A DNA stretch of 64,000 bases from Owenia fusiformis (GCA_903813345.2 CAIIXF020000001.1:32426001-32490000); one strand, 5' to 3'; positions 20,855 through 35,623 are shown, counted from the stretch's first letter. Notes: generated by a model not told the origin, from the sequence alone. Translations and numbers: made by a program.

Positions 20855-23800
20855 TAGTATGGGAGCAAAAGTAATTCCGTTTCCATTTTAGAGGCGAGCT
20901 AGGCGACATATATTTTTATGAACTATATGTGATACTTACCAAGAAAAATGATGTTGGCAATTCTAAATCCGCGACGGTGTTGCTATGGTAACCAACTAAA
21001 TAAGCCACGCCCACTTTTAGGGGCTCTTTTCAGTGTTTGGCCCCTATCTCCTTCATTATTGCTCAGATTTTGATGAAATTCACACCAAATTGAAGGTAAT
21101 AGATAATGCAATCAAAATATATTAAGTTTACAATTCGGAATCGAATTTCGATGAAATTTGCACCAAATGAAAGGTAATAGATTAAGCAATCATACAGTTC
21201 ATATTATATGCAAATAAGGGAATTTACATCTTAATTATGACGTCATAGCTGTTTGTTTTTGTGTATTTTATTTAAATCATGATGTATAAATCTCTGAAAT
21301 TATTATTTTCAAAATGGTCAGTAATACTTTTAACTAGTTAACTAGTTTATTTCTTTAAGTTCGAGTTTATTAGTTTATTACATTCATACATGTATGGTTA
21401 TAAAAAATAGAATAAATGTAATGAAAGTGTCCAATTCACGCTGTTGCTATGGTAACAGCAAGTAGTAAAAGGATCTGCTGTAAACAAGAGAATTCTTTAG
21501 GAAATGTTACATTTTGACCATTTGACTGACATGTATTCTTTTTAAAATTTGGTGACAGAAAATAACCTAATAACTATAGAAAATTATTTAATTTGGATTT
21601 TGTTATATTATGATGTCAAATGGGCAATAATCAGGGGCGCAGCAAGCTCTCGGTGGGGGGGGGGGTGGTTCGACACAAATTTTGTTAAAGATTTTGTTTA
21701 ATTTTACAAAAATTGATGCAGCTTCCTTCAAAACTGAGAAGAAACTAGAAGCTTCGAGTCAAATGCATTTTAAAACTCTACTTCTATCTAATGTATGGTT
21801 CTATTTTTATTGGTTACAGGGGGTTGCACTCATTACATCCCCTGGCTATGCCTATGTTACACTGCGGGCTACTAGAATGATTTTGGGGCCCTTCGAAGTG
21901 CTTTTAGAGGCCACTGAGATGCTTTTTGGGACCACAGAGGGCCAACAGAATGCTTTCGGGGGCCACTAGGATGCTTATAGGGGGCATAGTTGGGCGACTT
22001 GGATGCTTTTTTGGGCCACTGGGTGTCACTAGTATGCTTTTAAGGGGCCACTGGTGGGGACAGTGGGAAGCTTTTAGGTCCACTGGGGGCAGCTAGATTG
22101 ATTTTGGGGTCCACAGGTGGCTTTTCGGGCCACTGAGATGCTTTTTGGGGCCATAGGGGTCAATAGGATGCTTTTGGGGGCCACTAGGATGCTCTTAAGG
22201 GGCATAATGGGGCCACTTGGATGCTTTTTGGGCCACTGGGTGTCACTAGTATGATTTTTTGGGGTCACTGGGGGCAACTTGAAAGCTTTTGGAGCCTCTA
22301 GAATGATCTTTTGGCCATTGGAGTGCTTTTAGAGGCCACTTGGGCCACTGAGATGCTTATTGGGCAACGTTATGGGGTCACAGGGGGCCACTGGGTTGAA
22401 GTCATGGGTAACAGAGGGGTACTAGGATACTTTTGAGGGCCTCATAGCAGCACTAGGATGTTTTGGGGGGTCACTGGGGACAGCTAGGATGCTTTTGAGG
22501 ACCACATGGTGCCACTATGATGCTTCTTTTGGGGGGGGCATCTGGGGGCTATTTGGATGCTTTTTGGGGCATCTGGGGGCCACTAGGATGATGCTTAGGG
22601 AGGCCACAGGGGCCACTAGAATGCTTTTGGGGGCCACTCGAATGCTTCATCCTCCTTCATGCTCGAATGCTCGGATCATATGGGGCCACTGCCGTCCTTT
22701 TGAATGCCACAATTGCCTATTTAGTATTGAAATATAACAAACAGACTAAGTTTAAGTTAATGACAGTGTAAAATTACATGTTTGTTAAAGTTATGATATA
22801 ATAAATAGGTTTTACAACCACGAAATCATAACCTCTTAACCCAAAATCTTATCATGGGCACTTGTATCTATGTCCCGTATTTGGGATGCCTCTAGAACCA
22901 AAACTATTTTTTTCTTAGTTATGTGACCCAGGTTAGAAAAACATAAAAATTATTTAAAAAGTACTAATGCATTCAATCTGTTATCATTATTGGGTTAAAA
23001 TGCTTTTGACTTGAAGCTTTTAGCTCACTTTTGAAGGAAGTTGGATCATTTTTTGTAAAACTCATCTTAAAATTTTAAAAAGTACTAATGCATTCAATCT
23101 GTTATCATTATTGGGTTAAAATGCTTTTGACTTGAAGCTTTTAGCTCACTTTTGAAGGAAGTTGGATCATTTTTTGTAAAACTCATCTTAAATTTTTTTT
23201 TGGGTTGGTTATGCCACAATCGCCCCCCCCCCCCTCCGACTGAGGCTGGCTGCACCCATGATGAATAATTGCCCTTATGACATAATAATATAACACAATC
23301 CAAATTAAATAATTTTCTATAGTAATTAGATTATTTTGTCATCAAATTTTAAAAAGAATATACATATCAGTCAACTGGTCAAAATGTAACATTTCCTAAA
23401 GAATTCTTGGTTACAGCGGATAGTTTTGCTACATGATGTTACCATAGCAACAGTGTGAATTTAACATTTTTTATTAGAATTAGGCATCTTTCATTAAAGT
23501 TATTCAATTTTTTATGACCATAAATGTATGAATTAAATAAACTAATAAATCAAATAAAAGAAATAAACCAGTTGAAAGCATTACTGTCCATTTTAAAGAC
23601 AATAATTTCACAGAGTTATACATCATGATTTAGATAAAATATGTAAGAACAAACAGTTATGACGTCATAATTAAGATGCAAATCACCCTAATTGCATATT
23701 TTATAAAATATATGATTGCTTTATCTATTACCTTTCATTTGGTGCAAATTTCATCGAAATCTGAGCAATAATGACAAAGATATGGGCCAAACATTGAAAA

Positions 23801-24155
23801 GAGCCCCTAAAAGTGGGTGTGGCATATCTACTTTGTTACCATAGTGACGCTGCCGCGGATTCAGAATTGCCACCTTAATATATTTTGATTGCATTATCTA
23901 TTACCTTCCATTTGGTGTGAATTTCATCGAAATCTGAGCAATAATGAAGGAGATAGGGGCCACACACTGTAAAGAGCCCCTAAAAGTGGGCGTGGCTTAT
24001 TTAGTTGGTTACCATGGCAACGCCGCCGCGGATCCAGAATTGCCAACATCATTTTTCTTGGTAAGTATCACGAATAGTTCATAAAAATGTGTGTCGCTTA
24101 GCTCGCCTCTAAAAAGGACACGGAACTTCTTATTCGGACTTTTGCTCCCAGACTA
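20855..24155. mobile_element. Foldback-like non-autonomous element, ~0.9-kb imperfect TIRs, TAA TSD
   Basis: Ends tagtatgggagcaaaagt / acttttgctcccagacta. TAA at 20852-20854 and 24156-24158. Arms 20855-~21800 and ~23080-24155 are inverted. A ~118-bp direct duplication lies at ~22960-23195. Confidence 0.8.
21865..22700. repeat. G-rich degenerate minisatellite (ggggccactaggatgcttttt-like units) in the foldback centre
   Basis: Dozens of variants of gggccact(a/g)g..atgctttt. Confidence 0.9.
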
Positions 24156-25767
24156 TAAATCTCGGACACATGAACAATTTACCATTGATATTCAAAGATC
24201 TGTCTTAAACATTAGAAGTCAGTTTTAGCTTAAATATTTGAATGGTAAAATATACCTATCCTAAACTTTCTGTAAAACAATTTTGTTAATACCTTAATGT
24301 TATGATTATGATTTTCTAGCCTTTTGAAAAAGTTGCATGTGCTCAATGTGCTCAGTCACTACGCCGAACAACTTGGCCAGGCATTTTAATGTTTCAAATA
24401 ACAAAATTAAGCCGAATATACCTAATATTTTCAACATTTGCGGGATGCGATGAACTGCTTAAGCCAATTACCCAGATGCGAATAGGTAGTTACCAGTTTC
24501 ACCACCAAGTGGCTGATTCGGGTTAATTAACATGGCAGGTATATAAGAAAGTTCCCTTAAACTTGAATATTATCAGTTTAAGTGGATCAATTTTCATATA
24601 ATCCTTATGAGTCTGATAGTCATACAAACGAAAACGTGTCCAGGAAAAGATATTTCACTTTTTGTAGTTTTGAAACATGGGATCTATGGGGAATCTCCCC
24701 GACCTAGAAGTCATATAGTAATATTGATGAATCCATGCATAGATGATCCCCTCAGACTTAGTAATTCTACAAAATTAAATCTAAAAGTTAAACATAACTT
24801 ATATTTTAGCTCCCTAGTATTGTTCTCAGTCAAAAAGATTGTTTATTATCGGCTGCATTCACAAGATAATAGCTGCTTCTCAAACTCTATCTTTATTTTC
24901 ATATTTAATAAAATAGCATCTAATAATAGGGTAGAAACAGTTTGTAGATGGTCCCAGATGATAGCGCAACCTTTACTTGTCTGTGTTCGTGACCTATGCA
25001 AGTATCACACACGATGAGAAGACAATGTCAACGGACGTTCATCTATCCCTCCATTGTCTATAACTGGAATTGTATCTCAGAGAGGCGAAGATGAGTGTAA
25101 AAACCATGACCTCTGTACTCTCTTCCGGATATTCACGATATTTTGAGGATTGTCCATCTTGTTTTATGTATGCAGTTTGAACTCTTTATTGTCCTGTATT
25201 ATCTTTGGAAACAACTGGGATTTGACCCACAAAAGCTTTGATCAAGCCAATAAAAGACCGATATGCTAAATGGCAAATTATAGGGGTTTCCTTATATTAG
25301 ATTACCAGCCGGTTCACAATATGTTCAACTGTTGCATCGATTTTTGGAGCGTTAAAAACGAAATGAAGACACGAGGAGAATACCTTTTCAAATGAAATGT
25401 AATAATTGCCAAGTAGAACTGTAATGTATTTCACTATTAGTTTTAAATCTGACGTTCGGGTGACAGTGTCAGGTTTTATAATTATTTGATGTGCCAATAT
25501 TTTCAAAAGCATAATTAAATCGTTACATACATTAACAAATATTAGTCCGCATTTTGGCAATCATTTTCTCATTAGGGTCACATTTGAAAACACGAACTCC
25601 AAGAACTATAAAAGTTAATTATGACCTTTAATAAAGTATTGTTGAGTTATTAATGTAATCCTCACAGGTGCACCCAGGTGGTCAGCTACATTTCAATATG
25701 AATGATTGGCATTCCGTCAGTGAATCTGACATGCTGGTATTTCACTGAACAACTATTGACCACGATG

Positions 25768-26395
25768 ACGTATGTTACGCGGTATATGGCATACATTCAT
25801 GGTTGCGCGGTATTTGTGATACGGGTGAATATGCCATACTCACCTGCGGTATATGGCATATTCCGCAGGTGAGTATGCGATATTCCGCAGTGAATATGCA
25901 ATATATTGATTTCAGTGAATAACCGATACTCACCTGCGGAATATGTCATACTCACTTGCGGAATATGCCATATACCGCAGGTGAATATGACATATACCGC
26001 AGGTGAAAACGTGATACAGAAAGCCTTGATTTGATTGGTTGCGAGAATCGACTCTAAATGTAAAACTACGCTGGATTACCACTATAGTTAGTGCGCCGAG
26101 TACTAATATGAATCCTGGATTGATTGAGTAAGTTTATTACACGAGTGATACTTCTGCTAAGTTAACATATTCGATAATGTTTGATTCAGTAATCATTTAA
26201 ATAATTTATAACGTTTTGTACTTGTTCGTTCAATCGATGCAATTGTGAATTGCGTACTTCCGTATCACGTTCTCATTGGTTAGTGTGTATGCCATATACC
26301 GCAGGTGAATCTGTCATACACCGCAAGTGAATATGCCATATTCGTTGCGGAATATGACATATTTTTGTATCGCGTTTACCGCGTAACAGACGTAT
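25768..26395. mobile_element. Palindromic MITE with internal 20-24-bp subrepeats
   Basis: TIR acgtatgttacgcggta / taccgcgtaacagacgt. Internal gaatatgccatactcacctgcgg units occur in both orientations. Confidence 0.75.
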
Positions 26396-27242
26396 ACTTA
26401 AACAGAAAACGAACTAACGATGTACACGGTTTCAGATGTTCCACGAATTTAAAAAAACGTGAATGATTGAACCTTCGTGTATCTTGAAGTTGATGATGAG
26501 TGTAGTTTACAAAAGTTTAACACTAAACTTGCTTCAACTCCAGATCATTTTGAGCTATTTACAATATTCAATCTACAAATACAATATATAAAATGAATCT
26601 AGATACCTCGAAAATGTTTAATATCTAAAAACAAGTTCCCCGCACATTAAGTCCTAAATGATAATATTGACACAAATATAAAAGTTATGAGGAGATGTTG
26701 ACAATGGAGGCATGCCAACTCAACCCTTTGTGTAGTCTTATTATATTCATCAGTAAAGTTATTATTATGATTTCCTAGACATGCCATCCGATGTAATCTT
26801 GACATATTTGACTGGAATACTTGTGCTTTCTCGTACGAAACAAAAGTTCAAGTGCTCGGGGATTTATATACTGTAGGCTCAACTATTCAACGTCCAACGA
26901 CCTTCCTGAATGCAATTAGCGAATTTCAAGATGTTGAGAAATAATGCAGAGGTTATATTATCACGATTCTACAATAAATACAATAATGGGAAAAGTATTT
27001 CATTTCATATCACGGATGGATTACCAAATGTATTATTTGTTAAATCCAGACCTGCTCTCGGAATTCTCCATAAGTTCTGAATTATTGTCTTGGCATATAG
27101 CTATAGAGATATTACCATTAATGATCACCCGACCTAAAACACTGGAGCGCAAGTATTGAGATATTCTTTCGCATGCACTGACTTTCTAAAGCAGAGAGCA
27201 AATGCCGCGTAGTGGTATTTCAAAGAATATGGATGCAGAGAG

Positions 27243-27800
27243 CCCAGGGGGTTCACTGTATATAAACCTTGACGGGGATCCTCGGCGCACATGGGGTACC
27301 TTTTTGGACATTTGGTATGGCAATGGACCCAAATTTTAGGATGTGGTATGAGAATGCCCCCTCATTAAACTTTTGAGGGATGGAAATGGTCAGATTTTTC
27401 AACTTCTTGGTATGAGAATGGTCATGGAAAATATGTTATCTCACAATTATGGTATGGAATTGGTCTAGTAGTTACACATATCCTAATATGAGGTTGTTTT
27501 GGTTCGTTTTCCTCAAAGATCGCTTTCTTCTTGGGACCTTCTTCAGTTTAAATAAATAGCTTTTTTCCCAGGAAATATTCTACTTTGGACCAGTCATGGC
27601 ATTGGTATGGCATTGGTCCTATATTTTGACATTTGGTATGGCATTGGTTTCATATTTGAGCATTTGGGATGGCTTTTGGGCACTATATCGGTTGGTATGG
27701 AAACACATTCAAATTTGACATTTTGGTATGGGAATATATTGATATCTGAGGGTTCAGCCTAAGATCCCTGTCAAATTTTGTACACAGTGAACCCCCCGGG
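27243..27800. mobile_element. MITE with CCC(A/G)GGGGG termini and 8-bp TSD
   Basis: TIR cccagggggttcactgta.. / ..tacacagtgaaccccccggg. TSD gcagagag at 27235-27242 and 27801-27808. Internal ttggtatgg subrepeats. Confidence 0.85.
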
Positions 27801-27836
27801 GCAGAGAGGTGAAACGTAAGAAGAATCGATCATTAC

Positions 27837-28390
27837 CACCCTATGCAGACAGAGCCTGTGGGAAATATTGGGTGCGGAGCAAATGAGCGGGGGGTGCGGA
27901 GCTAACGGTCATTTTTGAATTTAAATTTGGGATATTTCTGAAACTAAGCCGTTTTGGGACTTCAAATATACCAAGATATGTGTATTTGACACCAAATATC
28001 AATACAATTGTGAAAATATTAGCGCAATTCATTCTATAGCGACGCAGTGTGCCTTAAACCTTTCCCAGACCTATATATTTTGAAATTATCCTTTTAATAC
28101 TGAGTCCCCAGCATTCATAAAAGATGGTGTTCAAGGTACACTATCTATACAAATTATTTTTGCATCTTGGAAGCCAGGCAGTATCTGTGTGATTTTATAA
28201 AAATTCGGAAATGTTTTTCAGATATGAGCCCCCTCTAAATATTGGGTGCGGAGGAGCTCCATAAACGTACCAAAACGGCTTAGTTTCAGAAATATCCCAA
28301 TTTTAAATTCAAAAATGACCGTTAGCTCCGCACCCTCCGCTCATTTGCGCCGCACCCAATATTTCCCACAGGCTCTGTCTGCATAGGGTG
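27837..28390. mobile_element. MITE with CAC...GTG termini, ~120-bp near-perfect TIRs and 5-bp TSD (Transib-like)
   Basis: caccctatgcagacagagcctgtgggaaatattggg.. and its reverse complement. TSD attac at 27832-27836 and 28391-28395. Confidence 0.85.
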
Positions 28391-31300
28391 ATTACTTATA
28401 TGTTAAAATGGACCCACAAAAATGATTTGACTAGTAAGGATCGCAGCTCTCTTCAACATACTTGTACAAATGTTTTCGTGTTCTAGTGACTGTTTCCGAT
28501 CATAGGATCTTACAGTGGTTAACTATCATGCGTTATTCTTTGATCGTATAATAACTTAACAATATATGCTATCTCGTTTTAATAAAACTCCCTTTCGTGA
28601 TGTACAATAATAATATGCCATAAATCATAAATTGATACCTTTGATATTTTAAGAAACACGGGTTATAAGAATGATATTTACCATTATAAATATTCTATTG
28701 GCAAGTTGACATGGGTATAGTCAAAATGTTTATATTCATTGTAATTTTATTTATAGGCGATGATATATACAAATACATTTAATATTCGAAATAAAAGCAT
28801 TTAATATTACCAGACTATGAACTTATTTAATATGTGATGATATATACACTTATTTTGTTAATTGGTTCTGATAGTTTTACAAATACGAAGATCGCCTTAA
28901 ACAGGCCGTAAATATAGGCTCAATTTTTAAGAAAATCAAATCTATATATCTTTTAAAAAATATGGAGAAAACTTACGCAACCTAAAGTAACTCCGTTCAA
29001 ATAATTTAACGGAATCAATAGTCTGTCAATCATTGAAAATTATATTGAGGAACAAAGGCAAACACTATTTCCCCTCCGATTCGGGTACAAAACTCTTAGA
29101 ATGCGAACTGAAATAAAAGGTCTGTAAATATTTGCGACGAATATTTTCATGAGAAGGGACAATAACAAAACAATCACGCATACAAAACAACAAGCATACG
29201 TGAGGCAAAAGATGTATCGAGACAGGAAAATGTCCTTGACATAAGATACCTGGAGCCGATATAGGTGATACGTGATCTCAGACTGTGATCAGTGTAGATT
29301 GTTTCCATTAGTTTTGATTTATTTCTGTATATGTTAAATTCTGTTGAATTTTATAAAGTGCCGTCTAGTCGACATCAATTAAAACTTGAAACCAGCGTCT
29401 TGTATCAGGAATTTATTGTTTGATATGCAATTTAAAGTTTAAAATCCCAGTTTGCCTTGTATCAACGCTATGGACAGACCAAACCTGACCTTTAAACATT
29501 GAGTTTGAAAATCAACATAATCAAAACATCATAATTTATGAAGTGTTTGCTATCAAGTATGATACGCTCCGGGTCGGTGAAATTTTATCTCAACTCTAAA
29601 GTTTTATTTAAAACTAAAAGGGATTTGTGTATGTATGGATGGGAAGTGTTTATACTTTGGTATTCCTCTATAGAAATATGAGTTGGGATTAGACAATGAT
29701 TTGGTGGGTGGTACAAGGGAGGCTTATGGGACCATGAAACTGTATCCAGATCGTTCACCACTTAACATTTGTAGAACCTCTTAACCCCTGCACACAGACT
29801 ATGATCTATGTACTCCCTAGCTTAAACACGATTTATTGAAATCGATGCAGTAATATAATCAAAGCAACCAACAAACAAAAAGGGGCATCCCATTTAGTTT
29901 ACAAAAATAAATACTTAGCGTGTATCCTCACAAATACATTTAATATTCAAAATAAAACATCAAATGAACCAATGCATGCATACCACAAATGTTTTGAAAG
30001 TATTCTCAATAGTCAAAGTGATTATATAACCAAGAATCTGAAAAAACACTAACAAATATGAATATGTGGCTAAAGGTTAAAGCTATGGCTAGTCAAATCT
30101 GTTAAATTTTAGTTGCACAAGTGGGAACCCGATATATGGAATATAAAATATAGCACAAATATATATCTGTGATCAAAAAAGATCGGAACTATAGGTATCT
30201 GAATGTCTTTTGATTGCATTATGCGCAACACCTCTTGATCAGATAAAATAGATTCATTTGAATACAAAAGCAACAGTTATATTAGTATCACAGTGGGTTC
30301 GGTCCTGCATCTTACTGATCACAAAAAAGAAACTGTTAATATATACATCACCAAGTTCACAGTAGGATATAATTCAATTACATTTGTACAATTATGATTA
30401 CGTGTTGCAATCGGCATAAATGAACATATACATATGAGGAGAAGTAGTGTTCACTCAGTATGACGCGCAGCGCTCCAACGAAGGCTATCCATGGTAGATA
30501 GCTGAGTCTTACTGAAGTAGCACGAAGCCTTTCAGGGGTCCGGGGACCAATTACCTGATCAGAGATAAGACGACAACAGTATCGGCAAAAGTAGCTTTTT
30601 GCTTAAATGTGGTGTAATTATCTGTGTTTAATTAGCTGAATGTTCATCTTAAGAGATAACAAAAATGTTGATCAAAAGAGGCTTTCGCATAAGATGTGGT
30701 GTAACTAGGCGTAGATGCTACTATGTTAATATCTAATTAATGGCTAGCTTCGAGATTAAAAAGTGTCCAGGGACATCCGAACAAAGAACACGTACACATA
30801 GGTTCTCGAATGTCACGTACAAATTCGACACTAAGTAACTGCTACATGAACATCTCTGTATTTTCTTTTTAAAATGGTAATAACATCTCTTTTGCCATTT
30901 CGCATGCCATTGCGACGAATATGCAACGTAATGGTTATCAGTCTTGTGTCACATTTCTAATATATACTTTATTTTATATATTTTTAGTCAACTCGGTCTG
31001 ACAAAAAAGCTAAATAAATGTGCCAAACATGATTATTGCAATGGGAAAACCTACTCACATTCCGAATGAAATTCGGTAGAATAAATCATGATTTTAAAAA
31101 ATTCCGACTGGCTATTGTATATTTGGTGAAGCGATACCTATTAAAGAAAGGTGATTTGTGATGATTCAAATAACAAGAGCTGGGTCACGACCACAGAACT
31201 GTGTTAATGCTAATGAAGCACATTTTCATTTATTTATTTATTATAACTTATGTATAACTATGATTGCCCTCAGTGCCCAAGAGGACCATATGGCAAGATG

Positions 31301-34300
31301 ATGCGACCACAAGTGAGACAAAGAATTGCATCTCCCAGAGGCATAGCTTGTGTTTCATCCAAAGCGTCCACAGTACTCCACACAGAAGTGTGCCAAAACT
31401 CATCCGCAATGTTATTAGGTGCGTAGTATAGTTATAAGTGCGTAGTTGGTCGTCGATTTATTTTGATTTTCGCTCCGAAAACCTCGTGTAATATCTTGTT
31501 AAGACTTATTAATGATGTGGTTGGGAATTGATACTAGAGTATACATATACTGTACTCAAGTCTTACATTGGTTGAAATCATCTGGAATCCCGTGTGAGTG
31601 GTACGCTTGGCAGTGGTTCCTGTGGTTGGTGTTACAGAGCATTAGGAAGCGTGGTGGTAGATACCATGGCGCAACCAACACTCTGGTTCACGGAGAAATC
31701 TTTTGTCAAACATCCGGGATATATTCATTTCCATTGAAGTCTCTGAAAGTCTACTATTATCATGTCTACCGTGATGGTCAAAATTCTGACCATGCCGACC
31801 ACACGCGGAAGTATCTGGTCGTTCAGTTATTTTAAACCCAAGGACCCTTACGAACACGTGCCCGGATTGCTCCCCTTCGGATCTGGTCTAAGTCAATACG
31901 AGAGGATCAATATATTGATGGAATTTTGTTTGTATGGATTACATATGTGTATTTCAATTAAATGGAGATTCGCAAAAACATGTAGCTTTAATCTTTAATG
32001 TTGATGCCCATATATAAGCCGCCCAAAAGATAAGGTGTCTGGATTCATAAGCTAACTTCAAACAGAATCTAATCAGGACAGATCATATCTATATTTTATA
32101 ATGTATTACCTATTGAAGAAAGTGAGAAATGAAAAGATTATTGAATAAAAAATCAAATACTTGCAGTCGTGCTAGCCAGATACGTATTACCATGTGTGAT
32201 ATTTGAAAGTGATCTATCACTTGTTTGTACCACAAACAAAACCACTAAGAGAAAATTGAAGACATTATCTTTTTAATGAGAGGACAGGGTATAACGATTG
32301 ATGGTTAATTTCTTATCATTTACTGCTAACTATCATAGATTTATAAAAGAGTTATACTGATAACATCAGTTTTAGGTGTTTTATTTATCCGTAATGTTCA
32401 CACGATTTATTTAAAAATATTTGCAGCGTGACAACTTTTACCACTTTCACTCATAAGCAATAAAAATGGACAATAGAAGCGATAGGAAAGGTAAAGAGAC
32501 CGGTGGAGATCAAAGCGTGAGAAAACATAAAACGGTGCCAATAAATGAGATTAGAATCTGAGTTTAATCACATTTAATCACAATCATCTATATCAATGAT
32601 AATCATGTTCTCACGGAGTGAATATAACTTTCCCGGTACTCATCACTTGCCAGGTAGCTTTTCAACTTTTGATTTCTTCATTCACCGACCACTTCAATAC
32701 GCAATCGTTGAATGGGAGTACTTACCAGTTCGTTTATACCTTTAATTTACTTTTTAGTTTAGTAAGATTCTTAGTTCTTGTGCAACACCAATCATGCTAT
32801 CATCGTCTTGAGTTTTTCGCTTTGACGTAGGTCAAGTAGAATATAAACTAACTCGCATATTTACAAAAAACACCCAAACAAAACAAATCCCGGTCCTGTT
32901 ATAGTGTTATAGTTAAAGATAAAATTTGGGGTCTTCTATGTTACTTGGGTGCTGATTCGCATTGCTAACAGCGAGGGGGCAAACTGGTTGGATACAATCT
33001 TGTTAGTTTTAATTAGAAAGTAGCTCACCTCGCATCAACAATACGGTAATGATCGGATGTTTTGTGGCCTTCATGTGGTGTATTTTCCAACTGACTGACA
33101 TACTTCTAAACCATAGTCAAACATTCGAAGAAAATTGGTCAAAATTGCCACACTTGATGTGGGAATCCTATCAAAGAGTTCTTGCTTTGAACTATTATAG
33201 CTATTGGTTCCAAATGTCATTATATAAGCTTTAAGGATATATTTCAAGGGAATTTCGAACACCGCCAACTTTCATTTTCCGTCAATGACGCTTAAATTCA
33301 AAGAAAATTGAAAGTTTCGCACACTTCAATGAAATATAAAGTTAACATACCAACAGTTTGTTGGTGTGAAGCGTGGTATTGAAGAACGATTAAATGCTGG
33401 ATGAATTTGGTTCTCAGGATGAGGATTTCAATTATGCTGTGATTGTATTCCAGTTTTATATCTATGAAATTAATTGGATTCTCTGAATGTCAATTAATGC
33501 ACTCGAATAAAGGAATTTTATTGCAAATGAAAGTATTCTAATTGACTTTTCCTGTGAAGTCCTCTCAAATTTCAAAAATTGGTAATTTGAATCTAGTTTT
33601 ATTTCAAACAACACATACTCAAGGACAGTGTTAATATACCGTGTACGGTAGATTCCCTTTCCTGAAATTAATGAAGGTAAAAGCTATTAGATTAAAGTGA
33701 TGATTTTACTATGCTCCAGGGGTACCAACTTCTGTATAATACAACATACTATTTCAGAAAAATCAGTATATGACATCTCGTGTATTTATTTCTCAAAATG
33801 GATGTAAAAAACTTCAGAACGCACGCAGTGGTACATTTTGAAAAATCTGAAATTTAACAAAATGACTGATGCTCTGGAGCAAACGGGACAGTTTTTCCCG
33901 TACCTTCTTCTAACTTGATAGAGTTTTTTTATGATACCTAGCTGCATCACTTGATAACATATGTGGTCATATCATTTTTTCAGTGGCTCAAGCTATTATG
34001 CGTTCCGTCTTTACTGATTCATAGATAAAAATGGTTGCTAATAACATGTTTGTTATCTAAGTTAATTACGGGAGGAAACAGCTGTCACGTGATCTACTTT
34101 TAACATGATCCCGGTAGGGAAAGGTCGTCACGTGACCTACTTTTTGATGCTGAACGAAGAAACTGTAAGTGTTTTTCGATAAGACATAAGTGCCGCACCA
34201 TTGGCGTAACAAAATAAATATTACGGTATGGTATATAACTCGATGGTGAACTGAAGGAGCATTCGTAACTAGTTACTTTCCAGATTGGATATTACTAAAT

Positions 34301-35623
34301 GTTCAAATTTGGTTAAACACCAGAGTGTACTTTTACGTTAATCAATCAACTGGTCTTAATAATGTTTGCATAACTTCGCAATGTAATTACCGTAATGCCG
34401 TTTCATTTGACTTTCCCAAACATTGAATAGTAATCTTTTTGGGGGTCAAATACCTTGATGAATTGCGTATACACTCAAAGAGGTATTCAGTACTGATTAC
34501 TGGATACAACAATGCAAGAAGCTACACATCCTTATAGTCAGTCAATACTTACTCCGGGCGCGGGTTGCGCAAAATTGTTTGATAAAATGATAATCCATTA
34601 ATTGTCCAGGATTGGTGGGTAAACACGGAAATTGGTGGACAAACAAAAACTATTTGACATACATTCGGACTTGTTTCCTTTCGAGGAAGCCCCGGGGAAC
34701 TAAATACGGGATCTTTATGCAATTTAACAAAGGACAACATTTTTATCGGTGGTTATGTTACCGTGCTTCCGAGTAAACTTCCATACTAAGTGGCATTAGC
34801 ACAGGTCTTAGACAAGGTGGCGCATTCAGGCATGCGTTGTTTGTTTATAAGTGTGACTCCCATCCCCGGTTACTTTCATGAATTCAATTATATTTCACAA
34901 TGGATTTAATAACTACAACTTCCCGTAAGAACTCTATACATTTGAGATGTTTATAAGTAGATGCACGTGTAGTTGCGGCACTCTGAAAACAGCTACCACA
35001 TTCCCGAAGGCACTCCATCCCTGCGTCGTCAGCAACTTACGCTTACAACAACACGACTCCCGGATTTGTTATGCAATCATTTATAATGAATTTTGTTAGA
35101 CATTATTAGTTCCTGCGGGTACCGCCCTTTTATAAGACAACAATACACGACGAAACATCAAATCCCTGGGCTTGCAATCTCTGGAGAAAAGCACTACATA
35201 CAATTTCGTAGACTTTTCTTGAGTATTATCCTATCTACACAGAAATGGCACAGAAACCTATTAATGTCTCTGTTTATGGAAGTTGCATAGGATCGCATTA
35301 GTAGTTCGATCTTTCTATGTTTTACTATAGAAAGAAGAAACACCATCTCATGGTTGAGAAGAAATGAGATGTCATTGTTTATCATACTATTATTATAAGT
35401 TAGTACTAGAATATTACTTCTTTTGGTATTAACATGGGTAGTTGACTTTTGTCTCGTCAACCGAAGTTTACTTGGACCATGGGCTCTCAATTAGAGTTTA
35501 AAGCCCATTGCTTGGACTTTTGGAATTTAACAATACAAGTGGATAAACAACATACATACTAGAAGTAACCATAACTTTTTTTGCATTCGAGCGTCTGTGA
35601 ATATTCATCATTAAACTAAAAAG

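Larger units (their letters stand above)
19990..24337 (-). mobile_element. Tc1/mariner-derived element with long (~430-bp) TIRs and a transposase relic, split by a foldback insertion
   Basis: TA|CAGGGTGT left end. 20010-20190 is inverted at 24159-24337 and 20190-20405 is inverted at 20675-20854. The minus-strand core reads ..FISPDELLPNTPDANPCDYLTWGHL.., equivalent to the WPPNSPDLNP motif. Confidence 0.8.

Noticed and set aside
22074..22737. Repetitive protein ORFs
   Set aside because: Translations of the G-rich minisatellite.
28770..29962. 30-bp direct repeat (caaatacatttaatattc.aaataaaa) as element boundaries
   Set aside because: AT-rich and short, with no TSD or internal structure.
31225..31860. 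Old LINE 3' relic or host exon on the minus strand
   Set aside because: Has a tail-like tttatttatt and a small hairpin, but no convincing protein motif in any frame.
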